From: Rhynchopus sp. YZ270_cl-10
Taxonomy: Eukaryota
DNA length: 62,000 nt
NCBI GenBank assembly: GCA_964035575.1
Contig: OZ037833.1
Span: 2,914,001 to 2,976,000 of the forward strand
Direction: 5' to 3'
Part shown: piece by piece, positions 1 through 11,100 of the stretch
How positions within the stretch are numbered: the stretch's first letter is position 1
How the letters are laid out: every line of letters begins with the position of its first letter
Program-made: the position numbers and the translations under genes
The notes under the pieces: generated by a model
The model's database searches: none
What the model saw: the letters and a program-made list of their open reading frames with translations, nothing else
What the model was told of the DNA's origin: nothing

Positions 1-2214
1 ACAGTGGGTGTGGTGCCGTCTGCTGCGAACCCTGCCTACTCTGAGTTCCGTGCACAGGCTGTGGTGTACAACACGGCGACTGGGGAGCGGCGCTACGTGC
101 GGCTCCCTGCAGCAGTGGCAGGGACGGGCGGCAAGGCTGTGACGGCAACGGTGCGTGTGGGTGCCGGGGAGACGCTGTACTTGGTGGTGGCAAACACGCC
201 TGCAACGCAGTTCACAGACTTCCTCGCGTACTCGTACGACTACCTCATCCAGGCCGGGGGTGCGCCTCCCGTGCCGGTGCCAGTGACAGCAGCACCAACT
301 CCGCTGCCGACACCAATCCCCAGCACCACTGCACCAGCGACACGTGCGCCTGCAACACAGCCGCCCGCAACTGAGGCACCGCGCACAGCTGTGCCGTCGA
401 CGGGTGCGCCTGTTGTTGCGACAAGTGTGCCGGCCACGGAAACACCACCAACAACACCTCCCACACCACCAACAAGAAGCCCACCACGCGTCTTCCTGAT
501 GGCAGGCCAGTCGAACATGGTTGGCCACGGGAAGACGGCGGACCTGAAGAACTACCTGTCCCTGCGCACGGAGCTGCTTGAGACACGCAGCGACGTGTTT
601 GCAAAGTCGATCATTGAGCGCTCACGCGGGACAGGCGGGCTTGGGCCCTTCTATGGTGCGTCGTTCGGACCGGAGCTGGGCTTCGGGCACCTGCTGGGGG
701 ACGCACTGACGGAGGACGTGTACCTGTTCAAGGCGTCGAAGGGGGGCACGCAGATTGCACGGACAGACCACTGGTCGCCGACAGGGGACGCAGACAACCT
801 GTACGCGCAGATGGTGGCCGGGTTTGCGGCGTTCCGTGCGACGCTGCCTGCGGACCACGTTGTGTCTGGGTTTGTGTGGTCGCAGGGCTACAACGACGCC
901 TTCTCGGACGAAGACGCGAACGGCTACAAGGCTGCACTCACAAGGCTGATTGCTGCTGTGCGGGAGGAGGTGGGTGTGCCGGCCCTCCCTGTGGTGGTGG
1001 TGCAGGGGAACGACAACCAGGGGGTGCGTGGGGGCGTGATCCGCCGTGCGCAGGCGGCAGTGGCGACGGCGGACGCACACGCGGACTGGGTTCCCTCGGA
1101 CGACCTGTACCACTACTACCACTACGACGGGGGGTCGATGGTCGCGATCGGGGAGCGTGCGGGGCGTGCGATGCTGCCCCTCCTGGGTGTGTCTGCGGCG
1201 GGGGCGTTCCCAGACGTGTATGTGGCTGTGTCGGGTGCGGTGCTGCAGGTGGGCGCTGCGGAGGGTGTGCTTGCAAACGACCGTGGCGTGGCGGCACAGG
1301 GCGCACAGGCTGTTGTGACTTCCACCCCGGCACACGGGACACTGCGCCTTGGCGCCAGCGGGGGCTTTGTGTACACACCGGCGCCTGCGTTTGTTGGGCG
1401 CGACACGTTCTCGTACACGGTGGTGCAGAACGGCGTGGCCGGGGGCGCTGCGGAGGTGGAGGTGTGGGTCGAGACACAGGACGCGGCTGCAGAGCACCTC
1501 ATCCTGCACTACGCGTTTGAGTCTGCAGGTGTGCCTGTGTCGGCGTCGGCGTCAGCGTCAGCACCGTCGGTTGTGCATGACACCACGAAGCACGTGCAGG
1601 CGTACGTGGACCCCACAGGCGTGTCTGTGGGTGTGCCCGGCGGTGTGTCTGGGAACTGTGCAGAGCTGTCGGGCACGAAGGGTGCGTGGAACAACGGCCA
1701 CATGAAGGTGCAGATGTCTCCGATGCCGGCCTTCCTGCTGCTGCGCGAGGACGACGTCACCGTGAGCACGTGGGTCAAGATCGCTGCAGGAGGGGACGTA
1801 GGCGACATGCCCATTTTCTCCAACGCAGGGCGCCCGACCTCGCCTGGGCTCACGCTCCTGACGGCAGGGACTGGGAAGTCGTTCAAGACTGTTGTGTACG
1901 CACGCGACGGGAAGAAAGTGACGGTTGCGGGTAACGCTGCACACCCAATCGACGACGGCGAGTGGCACCACGTGGCTGCTGTGGTGTCGCGTGCGACGGA
2001 CACTGCGACGAACTACGTGGACGGGGTGGCAGTGGCAACAGCAAGCATCGCAGGGGTGGTGGGGCTGTTCGAGGAGGGCTACTACACGCGCTTTGGGGGT
2101 GTTGCCTGGCTTGGGAAGTACAACAAGTTTGTGGGGCACATGGACGAGATGCGGGTGTACCGTGCTGCACTGTCTGCGTCGCAGGTTGCCCAGTTGTATG
2201 CAGACCGGATGTGA
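1..2214 (+). CDS. 5'-partial multidomain protein: Pro/Thr linker, SASA (CE6-like SGNH acetylesterase), Ig-like Big_9 repeat, C-terminal LamG/concanavalin-like domain
   Basis: Long GC-rich ORF open from the window edge; motifs VFLMAGQSNMVG, KGGT, WSQGYND, HYD; GVLAND...GGFVYTP...DTFSY (Big_9); DGEWHHVAAV...GHMDEMRVYRAALS (LamG). Confidence 0.85.
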   Translation, partial: TVGVVPSAANPAYSEFRAQAVVYNTATGERRYVRLPAAVAGTGGKAVTATVRVGAGETLYLVVANTPATQFTDFLAYSYDYLIQAGGAPPVPVPVTAAPTPLPTPIPSTTAPATRAPATQPPATEAPRTAVPSTGAPVVATSVPATETPPTTPPTPPTRSPPRVFLMAGQSNMVGHGKTADLKNYLSLRTELLETRSDVFAKSIIERSRGTGGLGPFYGASFGPELGFGHLLGDALTEDVYLFKASKGGTQIARTDHWSPTGDADNLYAQMVAGFAAFRATLPADHVVSGFVWSQGYNDAFSDEDANGYKAALTRLIAAVREEVGVPALPVVVVQGNDNQGVRGGVIRRAQAAVATADAHADWVPSDDLYHYYHYDGGSMVAIGERAGRAMLPLLGVSAAGAFPDVYVAVSGAVLQVGAAEGVLANDRGVAAQGAQAVVTSTPAHGTLRLGASGGFVYTPAPAFVGRDTFSYTVVQNGVAGGAAEVEVWVETQDAAAEHLILHYAFESAGVPVSASASASAPSVVHDTTKHVQAYVDPTGVSVGVPGGVSGNCAELSGTKGAWNNGHMKVQMSPMPAFLLLREDDVTVSTWVKIAAGGDVGDMPIFSNAGRPTSPGLTLLTAGTGKSFKTVVYARDGKKVTVAGNAAHPIDDGEWHHVAAVVSRATDTATNYVDGVAVATASIAGVVGLFEEGYYTRFGGVAWLGKYNKFVGHMDEMRVYRAALSASQVAQLYADRM

Positions 2215-3989
2215 GAGAGGAGGAATGGCTCTGTGTGGAAAGGGAACGGGGTCTTTGAGGTCAAGACAAAGATAGGCAAAGAGAATCACCAATTTTATAG
2301 CAACATACACCCCCACCGCCTATCGATGTCTTTACCTTTGCCCCTTTTCCTTCCTTTTTCCTTTTCTTCTATCAAAATTCAGTCCGGTTTCAACCTTTAT
2401 CAATCATCAGAAGAAAAATATGGGAAAGTTAACAGCTTATATTTCACTCTCGTCTTCATCGCATTTTTAATATTGCAAAGCGTTCGCCACACACATACTT
2501 CTTTTCCAGTCCTGCGTCCCCTGTTGTCCGGTGAGGCGTTTGCACATTCAACTTATCACTGTGTGTGTTTTATTATTGTTCTCTGTTGTGAAAGCAGAGA
2601 ACGCTTGTTTCGATTTTTAATTCATGAGCAACAGTCGTGAAACACGAGGCATCACAGCGCATACACAGGATCCCACCTGATCTCTGGTGCTGCAATGGCA
2701 GTGTGTCGAGGTGCACTCCCTTGCACGCTTCGTCTTCGTGTGTGTCTCGATGTGTTGCAACAGGTCCACCGGTTGTTTGCTTCAATAGGTTGATCTTCAC
2801 CCTTTGTTTTATCCCCTGTTCTTCCAATAGATTTACGTGCCTTTGAGGTGCATTCATATTTCAAGCGTTTTTTATTCCCTTTCCATTTTCCCTTTCCACT
2901 AATATACTTTTTACATACTTTCAAGCGCAAAAAACGGTTGCTTTTTTTTGCTTTCGACTTCACGTTTGTTTGGGACGTTCTTGTGCAGAACCGTATGCAC
3001 CGTGCGGAGTCCAGGTAGTCCCTCACTTTTTCCTTTTCCCTTCTCTTCTCAAAGCTTTTTCATCCCACTCCACGGGTTTCATGTTTTGGCTCGATCCCTT
3101 CAATGGGAGTACAATTTACAATGTTGCTGTTATTTTCTTTGGTTTTGTTATTTTTTTGTCCCAATAACTATGTAGGGAATCGTATTCACTGCATGTGAAT
3201 GCGGAACAAAATAAAGCACAACAAACAGCAGCGTGCTTGTCTTTTTGTACGTACCACCTTGCCTTGTGCACAGGGCGCGTTTATTTTTATAGAAAACACA
3301 GAGCCTTCTTTGTGGGCAGCACAACATTTGCTCAGTTCTGACCTTCTCCTCTTCCGTTGAGAGGAGAGTGTCGACCACGTTGTGCCACAGAAGGTCACAG
3401 GAAGCGTCGGTGCCGCCTGACACACAACGCTTTCTGACTGTTTATCTCCACCTTTCCTGTTCCCTCCATTCCATCATTTATTTTCCAAAAGGAATAAAAG
3501 AATACGCACTGTCAGGTCGGGTTTTTTGTACACTGTTTCCCCACCACCCCAGATATTAAACACATTTTGCACTCCCAAACAGATTATTTATACACTTAGA
3601 AGCAAAGTTTTGTTAGAACTGAGCCAAGGCAAGTTAAGCCAGCGAGACACACCCATACACCGAGACGTACCCGGAGACAGGCTGCATGGTGACACACAGG
3701 AGGGTGTTGCTGCCTTTGCTGGTCACGCTGTGTGCAGCAGGTGCGCGAGGTGAAGAGACAGCGACCACAGGTGAGCCGCTGACGCTGAACGTGCTTGCGG
3801 AGAACCTGGAGGAACACCTGGACTGGAAGACCTGTTATCGCGAGCTCAACCTTCCAGACCACTTGCGACACAGACACGACAGCAATGCCAACAGCAGCGC
3901 CAACAGCACCGACATCAGCACCAACAAGCGCCCCTTCGTGCACAGAGTAGGACACGATGTCAATGATGTGCTCACGTAGACTGCCTCTT

Positions 3990-4180
3990 CAAGGTGCAGG
4001 ATGCTCTCTGTTGCGAGACGGCACGCACTTTGCCACTGGCAGCGACGACGGAACAGGCACGCAGACGCTTGTGCAGATATGGGACGTTGCGAGGGCGAAG
4101 GTGGGCACTGTTGCTTCTGAGGGTGCGCGCGTGGTGTCTGTGGCGTTCTTGTCTGGCGGTGACCTGGGATGGATAGTGGT
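3990..4180 (+). pseudogene. WD40-like repeat fragment
   Basis: Translation LLRDGTHFATGSDDGT...VQIWDV...VVSVAF resembles a WD40 blade; no intact ORF context. Confidence 0.4.
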
Positions 4181-4394
4181 GCCTCGTCCTTGTGACTCGC
4201 TGGGCAAGCGGGACTGTCGGTGTGGGTGTCGCGACAGTGGCAGCAGCAGTGTCGATGCCCTCTCACGTGCTGCACCATGCCAAGCTGAGCCGCTGACACT
4301 GAACGTGCGGAGAACGAAGAAAGAGAACAGGGGCGCAGGTAACAGCAAGAGAACGGGCCACTGCACTGGATGGGAGCGTTGCAATGAAGGATTA

Positions 4395-4873
4395 CACAGC
4401 ATCCTTGCACAGCATCCTTGCACAGCATCCTTGCACAGCATCCTTGCACAGCATCCTTGCACAGCATCCTTGCACAGCATCCTTGCACAGCATCCTTGCA
4501 CAGCATCCTTGCACAGCATCCTTGCACAGCATCCTTGCACAGCATCCTTGCACAGCATCCTTGCACAGCATCCTTGCACAGCATCCTTGCACAGCATCCT
4601 TGCACAGCATCCTTGCACAGCATCCTTGCACAGCATCCTTGCACAGCATCCTTGCACAGCATCCTTGCACAGCATCCTTGCACAGCATCCTTGCACAGCA
4701 TCCTTGCACAGCATCCTTGCACAGCATCCTTGCACAGCATCCTTGCACAGCATCCTTGCACAGCATCCTTGCACAGCATCCTTGCACAGCATCCTTGCAC
4801 AGCATCCTTGCACAGCATCCTTGCACAGCATCCTTGCACAGCATCCTTGCACAGCATCCTTGCACAGCATCCT
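4395..4873. repeat. 13-bp tandem satellite (CATCCTTGCACAG)n, about 37 copies
   Basis: Perfect tandem repeat read directly. Confidence 0.98.
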
Positions 4874-4933
4874 GGTATCTAAGGTGCACAGGGTGCCTGA
4901 AAACCCACTGCAGAGTGGCTGTGTGATGATGCG

Positions 4934-4958
4934 GGTGTGGCAAAAGGGGTGTGTACAG
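4934..4958 (+). repeat. Left 25-bp target-site duplication GGTGTGGCAAAAGGGGTGTGTACAG
   Basis: Identical copy directly after poly(A) at 25153-25177; uninterrupted form of the site at 8290-8413. Confidence 0.9.
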
Positions 4959-5133
4959 GGGACCATTTTTTACAGGGGACCATTTTTTTACAGGGGACCA
5001 TTTTTTTACAGGGGACCATTTTTTTACAGGGGACCATTTTTTTACAGGGGACCATTTTTTTACACATTACAACACACTTGTCCTTTCTTTTTACCCTCCC
5101 TCCCTCCCCCTTTCCTTTGTTTTATTGTGAGCC

Positions 5134-8100
5134 TTGTACGCCTCCACGGGGCGGTCCCTGGGCAACACGCGGGTTTGCAGCAGCAGCAGGTGCTACACCA
5201 ACAGCAGCAGCAACAGCAGCAACAGCAGCAACAGCAGCAACAGCAGCAACAGCAGCAACAGCAGCAACAGCAGCAACAGCAGCAACAGCAGCAACAGCAG
5301 CAACAGCAGCATATGCTACACCAGCTGCAACTGCAGCAGAAACAACAACGGTAGCAACAAGAGCAGCAACAGCAGCAACAGCAGCAACAGCAGCAACAGC
5401 AGCAACAGCAGCAACAGCAGCAACAGCAGCAACAGCAGCAACAGCAGCAACAGCAGCAACAGCAGCAACAGCAGCAACAGCAGCATATGCTACACCAGCT
5501 GCAACTGCAGCAGAAACAACAACGGTAGCAACAAGAGCAGCAACAGCAGCAACAGCAGCAACAGCAGCAACAGCAGCAACAGCAGCAACAGCAGCAACAG
5601 CAGCAACAGCAGCAACAGCAGCAACAGCAGCAACAGCAGCAACAGCAGCAACAGCAGCAACAGCAGCAACAGCAGCAACAGCAGCAACAGCAGCAACAGC
5701 AGCAACAGCAGCAACAGCAGCAACAGCAGCAACAGCAGCAACAGCAGCAACAGCAGCAACAGCAGCAACAGCAGCAACAGCAGCAACAGCAGCAACAGCA
5801 GCAACAGCAGCAACAGCAGCAACAGCAGCAACAGCAGCAACAGCAGCAACAGCAGCAACAGCAGCAACAGCAGCATATGCTACACCAGCTGCAACTGCAG
5901 CAGAAACAACAACGGTAGCAACAAGAGCAGCAACAGCAGCAACAGCAGCAACAGCAGCAACAGCAGCAACAGCAGCAACAGCAGCATATGCTACACCAGC
6001 TGCAACTGCAGCAGAAACAACAACGGTAGCAACAAGAGCAGCAACAGCAGCAACAGCAGCAACAGCAGCAACAGCAGCAACAGCAGCAACAGCAGCAACA
6101 GCAGCAACAGCAGCAACAGCAGCAACAGCAGCATATGCTACACCAGCTGCAACTGCAGCAGAAACAACAACGGTAGCAACAAGAGCAGCAACAGCAGCAA
6201 CAGCAGCAACAGCAGCAACAGCAGCAACAGCAGCAACAGCAGCATATGCTACACCAGCTGCAACTGCAGCAGAAACAACAACGGTAGCAACAAGAGCAGC
6301 AACAGCAGCAACAGCAGCAACAGCAGCAACAGCAGCAACAGCAGCAACAGCAGCAACAACATAAGCTGCATCAACAGCAGTAGCAGGAGCACCAACAGCA
6401 GGAGCGGCAGCTTCCTATGCTACAACAGCTTCCTCATCAGTGGCAGGAGCCCCATTCCCCCCCTTTTTTACCCCAAAAAGAGGCCTCTTGAGCCCAACAA
6501 CCCAAGCAGCTGCAGCTTTGATAGCAGCAACAAAAACGTGTGTGGAGGCAACAAAGTAAAGAACTGTTGTCATAACAACCCACACCCCCCTTCCCCCCAT
6601 GATATCCCCAAAAAGAGGCAATGTATGCCCAACCACATCAGTGGCTGCAACTGTGATAGCAGCAAAAACGAAATCTTCGGAGTCCTGGGTGGGGTCCCAG
6701 TATCACCCCTGGTGTGCAGCAGCAGTTCCAAAGGCCTTTACAGCAGCAGTTCCAACAGCAGGCTCTACAGCTTTTTCACCAGCAGTTCCAAAGGCTTCAG
6801 CAGCAGCGGTTCCAACAGCAGGTCCAACAGCAGGCACAACAGCAGTTTAAACAGCAGTTCCAACGGCTTCTGCAGCAGCAAGAGCGTTTCCAAAAGCAGT
6901 TCCAGCAGCAGTTCCAACAGCAGGCACAACAGCAGTTTCAACTGCAGTTCCAAAGACTTCTGCAGCAGCAGCTCCAACAGCAGGTCCAACAGCAGGCACA
7001 ACAGCAGTTTCAACAGCAGTTCCAATGGCTTCTGCGGCAGCAGCTCCAACGGCGGGTCCAGCAGCGTCTCCAACAGCAGTTCCAGCAGCAGTTCCAACAG
7101 CGTTTCCAAAAGCAGTTCCAGCAGCAGTTCCAACAGCAGGCACAACAGCAGTTTAAACAGCAGTTCCAATGGCTTCTGCAGCAGCAGTTCCAACAGCGTT
7201 TCCAAAAGCAGTTCCAGCAACAGGCACAACAGCAGTTTCATCAGCAGTTCCAAGGACTTCTGCGGCAGCAGCTCTAACGGCAGGTCCAACAGCAGTTCCA
7301 ACAGCAGGCTTAACAGCAGTTTTAACAGCAGTTCCAAAGACTTCTGCAGCAGCGGTTCCAACAGCAGGTCCAACAGCGTCTCCAAAAGCAGTTCCAGCAG
7401 CAGTTCCAACAGCAGGCACAACAGCAGTTTCAACTGCAGTTCCAAAGACTTCGGCAGCAGCAGCTCCAACAGCAGGTCCAACAGCAGGCTTAGCAGCAGT
7501 TTCAACAGCAGTTCCAAAGACTTCTGCAGCAGCGTTTCCAACAGCCGTTCCAGCAGCAGTTCCAACAGCAGGCACAACAGCAGTTTAAACAGCAGTTCCA
7601 ATGGCTTCTGCAGCAGCAGTTCCAACAGCGTTTCCAAAAGCAGTTCCAGCAACAGGCACAACAGCAGGCACAACAGCAGTTTCATCAGCAGTTCCAAGGA
7701 CTTCTGCGGCAGCAGCTCTAACGGCAGGTCCAACAGCAGTTCCAACAGCAGGCTTAACAGCAGTTTTAACAGCAGTTCCAAAGACTTCTGCAGCAGCGGT
7801 TCCAACAGCGTTTCCAAAAGCAGTTCCAGCAGCAGGCACAACAGCAGTTTAAACAGCAGTTCCAATGGCTTCTGCAGCAGCAGTTCCAACAGCGTTTCCA
7901 AAAGCAGTTCCAGCAACAGGCACAACAGCAGGCACAACAGCAGTTTCATCAGCAGTTCCAAGGACTTCTGCGGCAGCAGCTCTAACGGCAGGTCCAACAG
8001 CAGTTCCAACAGCAGGCTTAACAGCAGTTTTAACAGCAGTTCCAAAGACTTCTGCAGCAGCGGTTCCAACAGCAGGTCCAACAGCGTCTCCAAAAGCAGT

Positions 8101-11100
8101 TCCAGCAGCAGTTCCAACAGCAGGCACAACAGCAGTTTCAACTGCAGTTCCATAGACTTCTGCAGCAGCAGTTCCAACAGCAGGTCCAACAGCAGCACCA
8201 ACATCAACAGCAGACGCAGCAACAACAACTTAGGGGGTGGTGAGCGAGGTATGCTGGTGTTCGGGGTCAGCCTTGAGGGGCGAGAAGGACAGAGTGGCTG
8301 TGTGATGATGCGGGTGTGGCAAAAGGGGTGTGTACAGATAGAGTTTTGGTTCGACTGGTGGTGCAACCTCTGGGAGGTCTTCACCTCCTTGCGTCAACCT
8401 GACCCCTGCTGGGTAGTCGAGGCACCTGAGTGGGGAGTGTTTGTGTCGTTCGCGGTCCTGGATCTGTGGAAGGACAGACGCGCCCCTACCCTCAGTCATC
8501 TCATTTTGTGGCTAGTGGGCAGGAGGACCAGGAGGACGCGACGAGGACACCGGTCCTTGAACTGGACCAAGTCACAGGCGGGCAGGCTCCGTCGGCGCAA
8601 GGCGCCCTGCAATCGTCCGCCCTCTCCGGCAGCGCACCCAGTTTTCCGCAGGATCAGGGTCGCCGATGCGTTGAGAGGTGCTTTGCAGTGTGTGGCCATC
8701 TGGGTTCTGGTTTTTGTGGGGTCTGAGCTTGGGAGGTCAGTGCCACATGTTTTGGGTTGCGCGCTTTTTCGGGACGCGGAGGTGCTGGGGGTGGGTGTGC
8801 TGCGGGGACTGTGCCGCGTTCGGAGAGGATGGCGGTGGCTGGAAGGGGCGAGCGAGCGAGTGCGCCGATGGACCGGAGGGATCCGAGTGGCTGCCAGCTT
8901 GGTGAGGGCCAGTGTGATGGGGGTGGGTCAGTTGTCGGTGTGTGCAGCCGAGTGGGTGTGGGTTGCATGGTCCGCAGGTGGTTGTTTGGCGGGTTTTGTG
9001 GCACTGGTCGGCGTCGCGCGCCCACTTGGCTGGGTTCTTCTCTTGGAGGTGCGCCGTGTGGCAGCACGCAGGTGGACTCGTAGGATCGGGATGGCATTTG
9101 GCATGCTGGTGGTGTCCCTACTGGTCTTGCTGTCGCTGTTGTGGCGAGCGGTGACGCCCTGGGACCTGCGCCCTGCCCCTGCGGATCCGGAGCACCCGAT
9201 CAGCTTGTCCCCGTTTGCGTTGACCGGTGGGTGCGCAAACGTGAACGCTCCTGCGTATACAGAGCAAGCGGTGTCTGTGGACGCGACTCTGGCGAAGTTT
9301 GGAGCTAAACGCATCCCCAATGTGTCCACAAATGATTGTGGTTATGTGGCACTACACCTCTGGGACCACGACACGCAGCCGGACGTGAGGGCAATGCGCA
9401 AGCAGCTGTATGACACAGCAGTGGAGGTGTCGAACCGCCTGGTGCAGGTGCTGGGGTCGCAGGAGGCCATGACGGAGTTTGCCAATGGTGTGACCGGCGA
9501 GGCCCACCTCAACCACTTGGGGCTTCAGCTCACCGCGACAGCATCCCGCATCAACATCGTGGTGGTGCAGGCGTCGGAAGAGAACCCCCTCGTGCGCATC
9601 ACCCCTGGTAGCAAAAGAGTCGCCAAGTCGTACGCGGAGAGCTTCCAAGCGAAACTTCCCACGGTCGTCATCGCTCTCTGTGACTCTCACTTTGAGGCAG
9701 TGGAGCTTGTCCCGGAGGTGGGGAAGACCAAGGAGGGGATGGCAGAGAAGATGAGGAAGGAGGCTCGGCAGGCAGTGCTGGACACAGCGCATTTGGATGG
9801 CATCATCCCCACCAACACCACCACCACCGCCCCCCTGGCTACCAAGCTGGGGCACATCAATGCGGATCGGGTGTTCTGCCCCTTTGATGGATGCAGAGCG
9901 GGAATTTTGTCTTCGAGTGATGCGGTCGGGGGCCTGTCTCGTAAGGGCTTGCTGCAGCATATGCGTCGCCACCAGGCGGATGGAGCGTACATCCCCGACG
10001 AGCTGTTGGGCCACTTGGGCATGTCGCGCTGTGCGAACGATCAGTGCGACATGCTATTGCCGCAGAGCAAGGAGGTCTGCAACACCTGTACGGTGCACTT
10101 TGGCGAAGAAGGCTTCACCGCTCCGTCTCCCTCCAGTCGAGGAATGCTGACAGATCAGGATGACCTCCCCTCCTTTGAAGTCATGGGGACCACCAGGATC
10201 CAGCTGAAGGGCGGGTGCCCAGACAAACACCTGCAGCTGTACAGCGAGCTCTTCCTGAGGGTTCTTATGGACATCCTTGAGTACCAAGACGAGGTGGCAT
10301 GGAAGCGCCTTGCACTGTTCTTCACTGTGTTGCACCGGACACGGACAGAACGAGGGGGCAAGGACCAGGAGCGACGTTTGACGAGCACCTGGGGGAAGGA
10401 CTTGGAGGCTTGGAAGGCTGGCCAGTATGTCGCCCTGTGGGAGCAAACGGTAGAGGAGCGGAAGCCAAGGCCCTCTGGGTGGTCGGATGAGGACACTGAC
10501 GAAGGGAGACGGAAGCGCACCATCGCCAAAGCGAGAGCAGGACTCCCGAGCCAGGCCATGTCTTGCGCTACCAGCGACGGCCTCGCCCCACAGACACCGG
10601 CGACGCTGGAAAAGCTTCAGACGAAGCACCCAGCCGCTGCCGACTCCAAGGCCCTGGAGCAGGCGGATTGGCCCCAGCCTCAGGAGGTCCCACCGGTGAC
10701 AGTGGTGGAGGTGATGAAGGCCCTGCGGAGCATGCCGAAGTCATCGGCGGCGGGTCCCTCGAACGTGACGGGCGCGCACCTTCGTACACTTTGCCTACAG
10801 AGGCGGGCTAAGGGCACTTTGGCAGCGCTGGCCGCAGTGTTGACGTCTTTGGCACGAGGAAATGCTCCAGTGGAGGTGGCTGAGTTCTTCGCCGGCGCTA
10901 ACTTGGTGGCTCTCCGGAAGCCTGCAAAGGGGCCGGGCCTGGAGGAGGACGTGCGTCCGATTGCGGTTGGGGACACTCTCCGCAGACTGGTGGGAAAGAT
11001 TCTGTCGGCGCGAGTGCGGGTGCCTGCTAGGACGCTTCTTCTTCGAGGGAACCAGGTGGGGGTGGCAACGGCAAGGGGGGCGGCAGTGGCGACTGATGTT

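Noticed and set aside
2573..3430. Short GC-richer patches that look like coding remnants
   Set aside because: No recognisable domain or sustained frame
3835..4966. ORFs with LHSILAQHPCTAS / MLCKDAVQGCCAR repeats
   Set aside because: Translations of the stop-free 13-bp satellite
5150..8228. Poly-Gln frame with in-frame TAA/TAG suggesting stop-to-Gln recoding
   Set aside because: No TTA/CTA-anticodon tRNA in the set, and both polyproteins end at TAG; CAA/CAG-to-stop changes spread by repeat expansion explain it
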